Shown here piece by piece: positions 39,561 to 52,793 of a DNA stretch of 64,000 bases. The DNA comes from the human T2T-CHM13v2.0 reference genome, Homo sapiens. Position numbers and translations under genes: made by a program. Under the pieces are notes generated by a model. It saw only the letters and a list, made by a program, of their open reading frames with translations, did no database searches and was not told where the DNA came from. The DNA is taken from NCBI RefSeq assembly GCF_009914755.1, contig NC_060936.1; one strand, given 5' to 3'. Every line of letters begins with the position of its first letter. Positions within the stretch are counted from its first letter, which is position 1.

Positions 39561-42329
39561 AAGCTTCTTAGAAGTATGTGTAAAATTAGAGTAAACGTGC
39601 TTTGAGCGACACTCTGTATGACAAGAAACAGCAGTCATTTTAGGGCAAGAGTTTTGTGTCAGGGATTTTAGCTCAGAGCCCTTTTCTGCTTTCTTCATGA
39701 CTGTTGGTTATGTTCTAGATACATCAGGTTGTTGAATATGTGACCTCTTGTCCTTTAGGTAAAAAAGCCAAGTCTCCATGTGAACACATGTGAGCACGTG
39801 TGACAGAAGTGAGGACAATGACCCCGTGCAGCCTGTGGAGTCCACTATTTTGAGTCATAGTCTCTAATATGCACACACATACACACACACACCTTGTCCT
39901 CTATAGTCAATAATGAGGGAAATTTGACACATTATTAAGATCTGTGTAATAGTGAACTGTAATATAATAATGCTCTATTGTGCTGTTTTGCCTAAACAAA
40001 AGTGCCTGAAAGATTTTTTTTCAAGCAGGGGAGGAAGAAAGTCAGTGGGAGTGTCTGGAAATACCTCTGAGAAAACAAAAAGGAAGCAAGTATGTGAGGT
40101 TTCTCTGTTGAAGTCCGCAGCCAATCCTTGCAGTGAATAAAAGAAGCCTTCACATGTTTGTTATAATGATTTAGTGAGACGATATACAAGAAGATTATCT
40201 GTATGAAAATCCTCACTTTAATCATCATCATTATTAGCCATGATGATGAACAACGAAATTTTTGATAATTGGGTTTTTTGTCTAACACTAAATGTATTTT
40301 GACACCTACCTCCATCTGGACCCCATCTATAATCTCTTTTGGAAAATTGTGAAAAGGACCACTTACAATGAATACCATATTGTCACAGGGTGGTTTCCAT
40401 GGCTATTCCTGTTGCTTGTCAGGGGAGAACTTAACTTTAGAAAAAGAAGATTCATTTATAGGCTCATCAACAATTTATAAAACCACTTGACTACTAAGTT
40501 TCCCTCCTTCGCCCAAACAATAAATGTGCTAGGGATATTTAGCGACCATCCTTACAGCCGTCAAGACTTTAACAATGGAATCAGATTGGAAGGAAATATT
40601 TACTTGATATTCATCAGAGCTAATTCCAGGCAAGCCATTTTTTAAGAATTCCTCCCAACTTCTATCCCATATTCAACCTTTCTCATGTAATCATCTAAAT
40701 AGTCTCAGCAATAGAAAGCATTAGAGAAATGTAACATATAAAAGTGTTTTATCCAGTTTTCTTAATTCTCTCTTCACTTGACAAATGCAAATATACATAA
40801 ATAGGTGCTGTCTGGATGAGGAATACATGCACACATGAATATGAGTGTGTGCGTGCAAGAATTCCACAGGCGGTCATTTATGAACATAGAAAGGTAAAGG
40901 CAAGAAAGGCTTTAAAAGCTTTAAATGAAAGCTGGCTAAAGAAGAGAGGGTCAGCAAAAGATCAATGAACAAAACACCCAATAAAGAAAGAGACAGAAAA
41001 GAATAAAGAAAGAAAGAGGGTGGGGTGTGGAGCAGTAATGAATGAGGGAAAGAAAAGGCCTGGGCATTGAGGGAAGCTGTAGGCAGCCCCCGGCCGGCTG
41101 CTGCTGCTGGAAGCTGGACAAGAGGGAACAGATTTCAGCAGCGGGAAGCCCTAATCTGTCAGCAGCAGTTCCTTCATGTGTGACCAGCCAGCTCAGCTTG
41201 GAGACTGGTGCCAGTCTGGGCGAGCTAACCCCACCATGTCCTCCCGGAAGAGGACGCGCCACCAAAAATTTCTGAAAGCCGAGGGAAGGTTCTCTTGCTA
41301 GCTCCTGCCACATATCTTCCTTGGCTTCTCCCGTGCCCTATCTACAGTGCTGTTCAGATCCCTCAGTAGTCATCCTAAATGCCCTGCTTCTTCCAAATCC
41401 TTATCGGCCACATCAGATCCTGGAGAATTTTCTCCAGGACATGACCACCTATGCATCCCTGACAGCACCATTTGAGAGGAAACGAAGAGAAAGACTCAAA
41501 CCATTATCTATTTAAATTGTGCAAGATCTCATGTAGATATAAAAGCCACACAACCATCTCTGCTCTCGGGAAGCTCATGTTAGTTAAGTTGACCTTGCAC
41601 AGCTGTGGTCCAGCCCTCACTCAGGCTTCCAGTCCATGTCTGTAACCAGAAATGACAGCACTCCAGCTTTCTGGCAACTCATCCCCATCCTTACCCCCAC
41701 CCAGGCAGCCTTTATCCTCTGGTGGGAAGAGAGAGCAGATGGAGAAACGACTCCCACTCAATTCCTAAATAATACCAGCTTCAATTCCCATTAACTGTGA
41801 ATTTGCATCCTTGTCTAGGTAAGAACCAAGGGAGCAAGAGCCTTGGGGACGCTGGCAGGCCAGGGCAAAGGTTAACAGCAAAGCCCTGGCTGCCTGCCAG
41901 CCTGCCCTTCTGAGGACATGGCCAAGCAGTGGAGAGGTAGCATGCTCTAGCAAAGAGCACCGCTCCTGCCATCAGGACACCTGGCTTCTGTGCCTGCCCA
42001 GCCTCCAACAGAGGAGTGACCGCTCTGAGACTGTGTTTTCACATATGTAAATTCCATCCTACCATCTATTCATTAAGAAGACATGCATTGAAAGGGTTGG
42101 ATTAGATGAGCACTAAAGACTCTTCCAGCTCTAATGCTTTGATGCTAAGGAAAGCTGAGCTTTCTTTAAAGCTTCCTTAATGTGCTGCACAGTGAGGGGC
42201 TGAAATCCAGGACCCCTAAGGCAGATCAGGTCAGTCTGGCATCACACAGCCTGAGCTGGGGATCCCTGGGCCTCGGGTTCCTTAAAAACATATAAAATGA
42301 GAATAATGATTCCTGTCTTTTCATTCCTG

Positions 42330-42600
42330 CTTTTTAATCTGATAAATATTTATCAATTGCCTACTTATCAGGCACTGTGCTGAGAATACAAAGGTTAAAA
42401 AAAACACCTTGCTCTCATTGAGCATGAATTCTGCTGGGAGGAGGGAGACAAAAAAAATTTTTTAAATATAATTTATACAGTATATCAGATATGTGCTATG
42501 TCAAAAAATAAAGCAGGAGAAAGGGACAGAGAGTGCTTGGGAGGGTGGGGAATACAAGTTGCCCTTTTAAACAGAGTGATCAGGGAATGTCTCTCGAGGA
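42330..42600 (-). mobile_element. L2 3' end
   Basis: ataaatatttatcaattgcctacttatcaggcactgtgctgagaatacaaagg. Confidence 0.7.
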
Positions 42601-43051
42601 CATTTGCATCAGGATTTTTGCAGGGATCAAATTAGGTAACTGCACAGCGCTGGGGATGCAGTAAGTACTCAAAAAGGCAACTAACGATGGAGTTCATAAC
42701 TTTCGCAGCCTGGCTGACAACTGGGGCTGATTTAAATATATACCTATGACCCGCTTTTTAACCCATGCCATTGTCACCAACCCACGTCCTTTCTGAGGCA
42801 GAATCTGTTTTCAGAATGAGGCTTGTCTGCTTTCTCCACTGAGAGCCATTAACCTTCTCGGGTTTGCTTCTGCCTTCAAGACCATCCTATTCCTTCCCAT
42901 AGACCATATTCCGTCTGTATCTTCTTCCCCTGCACAGATGTGCATTCTCCACCCCACTCACTGTCCTCAGTTAAATGTAACTCTTTCCCCACTCACTCAC
43001 CCTCTGTATCCCCTGCCCTCTCCTCCAAATCACACTAATTTTTTAAAGGAG

Positions 43052-43461
43052 TGATACAGTTTGGATGTTTGTCCCCCCCAAATCCCATGTTGAAATGTGA
43101 CCCCAATGCTGGAGATTGAGCCAGTGGGAGGTGTTTGTGTCACAGACATGGATCTCTCATGAATGGCTTAATGCCCTGCCCATGGTCATGAGTGAGTTCT
43201 CACTCTATTAATTCATGTGAGAGCTGGTTATTTGAAGAGACTGGCACTTCCTCCCCTCACTCTCCTGCTTTCTCTCTCACCATGTGACATGCCGGCCCCC
43301 CTCCACCTTCCACCATGAGTGGAAGTTTCCTGAGGCCCTGACCAGAAGCAGATGCTGGCACCGTGCCTCTTGTACAGCCTGCAAAACTGTGAGCCAAATA
43401 AACTTCTTTATAAATTACCCGGCCTTTAGTATTCCTTTAGAGCAATGCAGAATGGACTATA
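43052..43461 (+). mobile_element. MSTB-like MaLR solo LTR
   Basis: tgatacagtttggatgtttgtcccc...ccaccatgagtggaagtttcctgaggccctgaccagaagcagatgctggc...gagccaaataaac...aatggacta. Confidence 0.9.
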
Positions 43462-45215
43462 GGAATCCATTTTGAACTTTATCGAAATGCAAAAAGGAGG
43501 AAGGCGAAGAGAAAAATAAAAGGGAGGAGAAAGAGGAAGAATAACAAAAAAGAGACAAAGAAGAGAAACACCACCTATATTATGGGTGAGTTTTAAATCT
43601 TAGAAGTCAGCCGCAGAATTAGTGATTAAGGAAAGAATACTGTAGGGGGTCTCAGTGTTAAAAATACTTGAAAATGCCTTTCACAAGTTTGACTTCAGGG
43701 AGAAGAAGCAACAATCATTTACTGAAATGACCATCTATATGTCTGATATGAGGAATGTGAAAGACTAGAGGAAAACAGAAGAGTTTGAATCGTCCTCCCA
43801 TTCAATGATTGTTCTGTACACAGCTAACACATGCATTGTTATGCCTGAACTACAATAAGCATTGAATGTATCTTTTAGGTTATTAGGTTCTTCGATTATT
43901 TTTCCCAACTTATATATCCTTTTACACTACTGAGCAGATAAAGTCATTCCCTCCCTCTATATACAGGTGTGTGTCATTTTACTAAACATTTTGCATTAAA
44001 ATGTGCATTTTTGTGCATATACATAAAAATGTAGCTTTCCTTAGACTCTGGTGCACTTCTTTAATAAGATGAAAAGCCACTGTGCCAGCTATACCGCTTA
44101 TTACTATGCATTCATGTAACCTTTTGGTTGTTTCACTGTAAATTAGATTAAGTGAAGTGAACCTATAACATGCGTTTGCCTTACCATAAATCTGCCTGTG
44201 CTGGCACTCATCGAACATTTAATAACAAATAAAAGATGGGTAATGACCAAGCAGCTCTTGCCCATAATGCCTAAAAACTAATTGACTCAATTCCTCATTT
44301 ATTTTTTTAACCTTTCAGCACTTTCCAGGCCAAGAGTCAAATGAGGATCCCATGAGAACAATCTGGCTCATACATTGGTTCCAAAGATGGGGAATTTGCC
44401 TCAAGGTTGTAGGAAGATTGAGCTTATCACAGCTCTTTCATTAAGAACCTAAGAAAGTACTTTTTTTCACATCAGTTATTCAAAGTCACTCTTCCCCATC
44501 CCTCAAAGGCTGGGCCAGGACGATCCAGCCTTTTAAGATGGCAACTTTCACTAAGAAAGAAGAATTTAGGGAAGGAGGAAACAAATGTTGAGTAGAAAAA
44601 CTAAAGACACTGGGGAAAAGTAATTAGGCAAGATTCATAAGAGGTTTGCTATATTAAGATCCATCTATCTCAAATAGCATCCGTTCTTTCTACAAGTTCC
44701 AAAAGTAGCTCTGTATGAAGAGAAGCAGCGGGCTCTCAGGACAGAAAGAGAGCACAGAGGTATGTGGCAGGTGTACCATCACGTGAGTGACAGAAACAGA
44801 CCATCAGAGATTACAGAGTACATGGAGAAGGAAAATAACCACTAACTGCTCCTTGGAGAAATGACAAATGAAAAATGTAGACGGGTGCCTCCTAATAACT
44901 CACAATTTCTTCCCAGCTCAGGGGAATGAAGATGGGTTTGGAAAACTTACCTAATCATTTTCTAAACATTTTCAGATCATCTGGTACCAAAACGTTTTTA
45001 GACTTTTCTCAGGAACCAAGAAAATTCTTCCCTTAGAGAATATATAGCATAAGAAATTCTCCAGCCCTTTCAATCAAATAAAGTTATCAGTTGGAATAAA
45101 ACTCTCTTAGCATGTCTTGGGCTATAGTATAGGGCATTGTACTATATTTATTAATAAGGCACAAATGAATGCTATGAAGTTCCAACAGAAAATTAATTTT
45201 TATATGTATTCAAAG

Positions 45216-45406
45216 TAGGGTTGCCAGATTTAGCAAATAAAACTACAAGAGCCCCATGAAATCTGAATTTCAGATAAATAACAAATATTCATTTGGTATA
45301 AATATGTCCCATGCAATATTTAGTATTGACTTGTGCTAACGAAATTATTCATTGTTTATCTGAAATTCAAATTTAACTTGGCTTAAGTATTTTTCTTGCA
45401 ACCCTG
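45216..45406. mobile_element. MER53 palindromic hAT-family MITE
   Basis: TIRs agggttgcca/tgcaaccct; internal arms tgaatttcagataaa and tttatctgaaattca; centre tatgtcccatgcaatattt. Confidence 0.9.
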
Positions 45407-47189
45407 GCAAAATGCCTCCTCCAGGCAACCCAGAATCTATCTGGAGATAATCACTAAGTCTATAACAGGCCAAGCTTCAAGGAGTTAAGAAGTTATCAGT
45501 GAGGAATTTGGATTAACACCTGATAAGTAATGTTCATTTGATAGTGAATTGAAATAGTGCATTTAAGGATCCTCCCTGAGAAGGATTTTATGCCATAAAA
45601 ATATATTCTTCCTTTGGTAACTAACAAGTGAATCACTTCAAATACATGTCTCTCTTTGGGATTCAGGTATATCATATAACCTCTTCTCTCCATCCCCTAA
45701 GTGTAGACTTAGGAACTTTCCCCACGTGGAAAGAAAGCTGTAATCTGGATAGGTGTGCATGAGACCTGTACCTCCCCCTACAATGCTTCTAGCAGGGAAA
45801 GGGGCCTATGAATGCTACTGCCTTTTCAGAAGGTGAGAGGAGAAGCCACTTTCCTAACCCTACATCCCTAGTGTCATGCTGGGGCTGGGCCACTCCCAGA
45901 AATCTCCCAGAGAGCCTTCCTCCCTACTGCAGTTGCTGAGAGGAGAATAGCAGGCCAAAGGAAAAGTCATCCTTATAAAACAACCAGCCATTTGCAGCAA
46001 TTTTATTTGCAAAGATTTCCTGCTGTGGCTAAATGGTGTGGCTGCTTGGTTTGTTATTTAAAAGAGTGACCCTAGTGAGACCAGAGCTCTGAAGGGGTGG
46101 AGAGTCTGATTTCAGAGCAGGGTAAGTAGGAGGAGCTTGAACTGAATGTGCCTAATTGATTCCACTGCTGCTTTTGAGCGTGCTGTGCCTGGTGATAAAA
46201 CTGCAGACTTGGGGCTAACTCTATAAACCCTGTTAGTCAACCCCAATCCTTTCTGGATCCTGATAGGAAACTATACTAAAATATTCTCAAGACAGGCAGG
46301 GATTACATTCAAGAACCAGAAGAAGATGTATTTGGATGGAGAGGAAGGAAAAGAAAGACAATGGAGATAAGGGAAGAATGGAGGTGTATGGACAAGGGAG
46401 ACATCCAAGAGATGTCCAGCGGGCAGGCAGGTGCAGAACCCAAGTAAAGGCAGGGAACTGGGGCAGTTTGCAGAGGAAATGCTTTAGTGGAGAAGTAGGT
46501 AGGTAAATCTGAAGACACTTCTTAAGCCGTACATTTGGGAAATCAAGTGAAGCTGGACTCCCTCTCTCTCTCAGTCTCTCTGCTCTACACTGGTGCCTGA
46601 GGAATTGATGAATAATAATCCTTACTCCCTGTAGGACTGCTACACTGGAAAAGACGGATGTGGGCCTCTAGGACTGAGTAGGGCCACCTTCCTGGGTGGC
46701 CACACGGGAGCATCTCAGGCCTCAGAGAGATGGCAACAAAGGTTAAAACCAATTGCGATTTCAGAGATATGTGGTTAGAAACCAGGCTTCAGAGATGACA
46801 TTTACATTGTAATGTAACATAAGCCAAGCAGGAAATAATAATATCTGCAGATCATTGTTTACCCAGCAGAAGTTTTAAGTTAAAAGTAGGCATTCCTGGG
46901 CCATATTTATGAGCTTTAAGGTAACATTCACTTGATTTCTTCGTGTTGTTGGGCAGATGTTTTAGTCTCAGTAGTCCTTCACTGTTAGCTTTGGTTGTAA
47001 TTAGCAAACATTTGGGAAAATAATCTGAATCAGATTTGAATTTAACACGAAAAGCAGTGGGAGGAAAACCAAAGCTACAGAACTGAATCAACAGTACATT
47101 TTTCAAGGGAATCTTTATTATCTTGCAAGAACAGAGCAGAACGGGAAGGCTCCTGCAGAGCAGGTGTGCACTGAGTCTTGGAGGGCGTC

Positions 47190-48410
47190 ATTCACTTCCG
47201 TGTGCCATGCACTGTGCAGGAAATGGGGTCAGAGAAATGAGTGCTATGGGAGAGTCACTACTCTCACAGAGCTCACAGGGAAGGGAGATAATACAGCATG
47301 CAATTGCCACAGTTTGAAGAGTGGCTTTATCTGAAAAGTACAAGATGTAGTGAAGGCAAATAATACAGTAATCTTATTCTGAAGCTCAGGAAAGACTTCC
47401 CAGCAGAAGTAATGCCAAGACTGAAGCCTGAGGAATCTGACAAATGAAGAGCATGAGGCAGGTAAGGGAACATCAGCACCTGTGTTTGGTGGGAAGGGGC
47501 ACGCTGGAGAGTAAGTTTAAGACAGAGAGAGGAAAGAGCTGGAAGCAAGAGAGAGCATGGTGTTTTTGAAGAACTAAGCTCAGTGTTGCAGGAAGGTAGC
47601 GTGCAAGGCAGAGAAAAGCATGAGAGAATTTTGGAAAGACAGGCAGGGCCCATGAGGCTGAAGTCTTTATAAACCATATTAAGGAGAATGGACCTCATTA
47701 AAGGAGCAATGAAAAGCCTCTGAAAGGTATTAAGCAAGAGAATGATGAAATCACATTTTTAATTTTGATCACCCTGGCTGCAATGTAAATTGAAAAGCAG
47801 CAGAACTTGGAGGAGGAAGATCATGTAAGAAGCCCTGTAGTAATGCATGTGAGAAAAAATGGACTGGGATGTTGTAGGAGAGATGAAAACAAGAACGGCA
47901 TTCCAGAGGTATGGGGAGACTAAAATCCGGGGCAAACAGTACGATTGACTATGAGGTGTCAGGGATGTGGAACCAAGGGCATCTAGGAAATTTTTATTTT
48001 AGGTAACTTTGTAATAGAATACATCATTGACAGGCAGTGCAGATTTGGCTAGGAGAGGGTGGGAGACTAGTGGGAGAAGAGATAGAAGTTGAGCTTTGGA
48101 TACTGTGAGTTCGAAGTGCCCATGGAATCCAAAGAAACATATCTGGCCACAGCTAAGAATACAAATTTAGAGCTCAAGGGAGAGGTTGCAACCAGAGATG
48201 TCACTTTGGAAAATATACAGACATTAATTGTATCCTTGGGAATGGATGAGAAAGGAAGAGGGTCTAGAACCCCAAGAAGTGCCCATATTTAAGGGATGCA
48301 TAAAACAGGAGTGTGCTAAGGAGCCCCAGATGGAACTGGAATAGAAGGAAACCAGAGAGGTAGAAGAAAAACCAAGACAATCTGTGCCAAGCAAGGGGCA
48401 ATACCTAGGG
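47190..48410 (-). mobile_element. Long L2 fragment
   Basis: tcaggaaagacttcccagcagaagtaatgccaagactgaagcctgagga...gttgagctttggatactgtgagttcgaagtgcccatggaatccaa. Confidence 0.75.
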
Positions 48411-48599
48411 ATGATGGAAAGAGGAACCTCTAGAGAGTTGATGGTGGAAGAATATCAAGATTGGATCACAGATATAACTACTGTGAACCTGGTTTGAGTT
48501 TCAACCCTGAATTGAAGCTGTACTCTACAGACTGCAGTCCAGCTCCCTGCTAGAAGTTACCCACTCAACCTCCACTATATGTTTTTTAACATCCCAAGT

Positions 48600-48985
48600 A
48601 CACCTTTTAATATTTTATTTATTAAGCTAGATAGTGAGTACCTGAGTATGCATTAAGTTTTTCTGAATACCTTTCTGTACATCTTAATACAATTAAAAAT
48701 AATTTCAAAGGGATGTCCAACACATTGTTGAATGAAAGAAATCAAGCTATTGAACAGCAAGTATACTTATATTTCCATATATGTAACATTGTGTATTTAT
48801 GTCCATATAAATGTACATGCATAGAGAGATATCTAGAAAGATGTTCACGAATTATTTCTACAATGATTATCTCCAATTAGTTGGATTTAAGATCACTTTT
48901 ATTTCTAAAACACACTTCTTTATGTTCTATTTAGTTTGAATTTTTATAATGTACTTACATAGAAGTTTTATACAAATAATAAAAC
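48600..48985 (+). mobile_element. L1ME-type 3' end fragment
   Basis: gatgtccaacacattgttgaatgaaagaaatcaagctattgaacagc...tctagaaagatgttcac. Confidence 0.6.
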
Positions 48986-49334
48986 CACGAAAGTATAGTA
49001 TAGAATCTTCTACCCCACAGAGTCATTTAATACCCCACGGAGGATGCACTGCAGTCACGGCTGGGTTATGCAAGATGAGGGCTTGCCAAACAAACCAGAC
49101 TAAGAGTAACTGTAAAAGCCACCTCTATAGCAGCATCCTCACCCTTAAAGGCAGAGGCTGGAGGAGGAAGAGACAAAAACCAAGCCTGTTTCTTTAAAGA
49201 AAGAATATCCTTCATACGACTACAGATCCGCATAACCTGTTCTTCAATCTTACTACAATACGGCAACATTCCAAAGGTAAGCGGACTGGTCCTCCCTTAT
49301 TTCTAAGTCTCCTGCATCTTTCTTTGCGATCAAG

Positions 49335-49560
49335 TAGTACTTACAGATCAGAGAGGCCTAGGTTCAACTCCAAACTGACCACTCACTTGCAACATGACAT
49401 TGTATAATTTACACCTCCAAGCCTATTCTTTCGTATTGTAAAATAGAAACAATTGTTAAAACCTGACTTATAGAGTTATTTTGAGGATCAAATGAAACCA
49501 AACATGCAAAACCCTTAGAGTAACATCTAACACATAATAAGTGCTCAATAAATGAAAGTT
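49335..49560 (+). mobile_element. MIR
   Basis: cctaggttcaactcc...tagagttattttgaggatcaaatga...acataataagtgctcaataaatg. Confidence 0.8.
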
Positions 49561-49734
49561 GTTTTGGCAAGGTTGGATCCAAAACACTCCCCCAATCATG
49601 ACCAATTGCCATGCCCAAGGCCAGGCTTCAACCTGCTACCGTCTTGAACTGTTCTTCCTGCAGTTTCTGAACTTCCAACCCCAGTCTTTGAAGCTCCCCT
49701 CTCATCTCCACCATCAATGTGCCCTCTGTTCCAC

Positions 49735-50339
<605 letters not shown>

Positions 50340-50385
50340 CTAGAAAAAGAACAGGACAAAAAAAGGAAGAGAGAAAAAAATCAAA
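50340..50385 (-). promoter_or_regulatory. GRIN2B: 3' splice site: polypyrimidine tract plus TAG acceptor of the GRIN2B exon
   Basis: Minus strand tttgatttttttctctcttcctttttttgtcctgttctttttctag lies directly before GAT. Confidence 0.95.
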
Positions 50386-52154
50386 CCAAAGATGGTAATG
50401 GAGATTTTGAACCAAGTGGGTACAAAGATTTGTGTTCATTACTTATTTTTATATAATGCCTTTACAAGTTTGTATTTACAATAAATATTTTTAAATATTT
50501 AAATTGCAGATATTTGTAATACTTTTCTTCCTAAAATTGTCTCCTAGACTTTACAGAAAATCAACCTATGTCTATACTTGCCTTGTCTGAAATCCTTGGG
50601 GTTTCTGCCAGAGCCTAGGGAAGCTCCCTAAAATCAAATATGTTAATATTTCTAAAGCAAAACATATGAAGAGTCACATAGTGTAGAATAAAGGCTCTAA
50701 ACGGCCTCATGTCAGTTCAGGTCAGGTTTTGTTGTCAAATGAGCTATACAAACACAAATGCACATGCCCACACAGACATACACACACATACATACTTTCC
50801 ATTTTTCAAGGCTTTTGGATTTCTTGCTTGTGAAAGTGTATCACTCAGTCACAGAGTGCATAATCCAAAAATGTCATTGAGCTACACATAAACCTATCTA
50901 CGGAGGTGAGATAAGCTCAGTGGTCCAGAAGGTGAATGGTACTCAGATACAGATATCAGGGAGAAGTATACGTAGTATGAAATTGGATCACTATGTGTTC
51001 TATAACACATAAATGTTAAATTAATATCACATTTAGTTTGCTCTCTAACTTCTACTCTGATAATAATATATGCAGAACAGAATAAGGCTCAAACAGTATG
51101 TCTAAGCTGCAAGTTAAAATTATTGCCATTTGAACTCATATCTGATTAAGCTTTACTTCAGACATATAGAAGATATGCTCTTTCTCTGACCTACAGGACA
51201 CCACAGGTCTCGGTTTGACCTGGGCATTGCACACACCCTCCCGTGTCAATTTTGAGCGTCTTCTGATTTCTCCTTCCTTTCCAGGGAGAAGCCATTTTAA
51301 ATGTCTCCCATTTTAAGCTGTGTTTCACCTGCTGTTCTGAGATATCAAGTCCTGCATTTTCTCTCTACCTTTAGCTAGATGAGTCCGAAAACACAAAATG
51401 AACACCCTCTCAGTCTTGTCCTCCTATTTCCCCTGATTTCCTCCTGGGTAATGGTATGTCTTTTCTTGCTCTGTGCCCCTTATCTTCTATCCCATTGGCT
51501 CATCTCCATTTTATAGCAATCCAGGCTAACAAAACTGTGTCTTTTCTAAGGGGCAGTTCCTTCTTATCCTCCAATGAGAGCTTCAAAGTACAGTTACAAG
51601 AGACCTGGGCTTTTAAACAAAATTACATAGTGGTTTCTTAGTTCAGGAACATATTGTTGTGCAGCTGAGAAATTGCTGAGCATTTCTTCAGCACCCCTTA
51701 TTGAAAAAAATACAGGTTGGGAAATATCCAGCTGGTATCCAAAAATCCTGATTCGGCAATGAGAGCTGCCAGCCCCTGGCTCTGCCTGGGCTATTTGTTC
51801 TCACAGCTTGAACTTTTCACATTTTCCACAGGCTACCCAGAATGAAACCCTGGATGTTTGGTCATATAGGAGTAATTTTTCCTGGTAAGGGTGAAATGGT
51901 GCTCACCAGCACTCTCTTCTCTGGACTTAAAGATACAGTTGAAGAGGAGCTTCATAGGATCATGTAATTCAGGAAAGCAGGGAGGGTGAGGCACCAAGAA
52001 TAGGTGAGTAGAAAAAAGGGAATGAATTCACAATAGAATAATTATATCATGTGTATCTATTCCAAACCCTGGCCAGTCCCTGATCCTAGACTTCTCCTAC
52101 TACATGAGTACAACTCTTAGGCAAAGCTGACCTTGTCGTTAGGTTAAATAACAC

Positions 52155-52793
52155 AGTGGGACTTTGGTCGGAATGTTTGCATCCTCCTCAAATTCATACG
52201 TTGAAATCCTAACTCCCAAGGTGATGGTATCTGATGGTATCAAGAGATGAGTGAGGCCCTCATAAATCAAATTAGTGCCCTTATTAAAGAAGCCCCAGAG
52301 AGCTACCTTGCTCCTTCCACCCTGTGAGGACAGAGCAAGAAGATGCTCTCTATGAGTCAGGGCATGAGCCCTCACCAAGCACCAAATCTACTGGCACCTT
52401 GATCTTGAACTTCCCAGACTCCAGAAAAGTGAGAAATAAGTTTCTGTTCTTTTTTTTCCCCCCAGAGTCTCACTCTGTCACCCAGGCTAGAGTGCAGTGG
52501 CACAATCTCAGCTCACTGCAACCTCCACCTCCCGGGTTCAAGCACTCTCTGCCTCAGCCTCCCGAGTAGCTGGGATTACAGGCGCCCACCACCATGCCAG
52601 GCTAATTTTTGTATTTTTAGTAGAGAAGGGGTTTCACCATCTTGGCCAGGCTGGTCTTGAACTCCTAACTTCATGATCCACCTGCCTCAGCCTCCCAAAG
52701 TGCTGGGATTACAGGCGTGAGCTACTGCGCCCATCCAAATTTCTGTTCTTTATAAGTTACTCAGTTTATAAGTAGCCTGAAAGGACTGAGACA
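52155..52793 (+). mobile_element. MLT1A-like MaLR LTR interrupted by an Alu
   Basis: gaatgtttgcatcctcctcaaattcatacgttgaaatcctaac...ggcaccttgatcttgaacttcccagactccagaa...[Alu]...aaggactgagaca. Confidence 0.85.
52453..52736 (-). mobile_element. AluS (Sg/Sx3-like)
   Basis: Antisense Alu; TSD aa(g/a)tttctgttcttt at 52438-52452 and 52737-52751. Confidence 0.95.

Noticed and set aside
49503-49508. RBFOX motif UGCAUG ~235 nt downstream of the donor
   Set aside because: A single hexamer inside a MIR, expected by chance, next to an exon whose skipping would frameshift.
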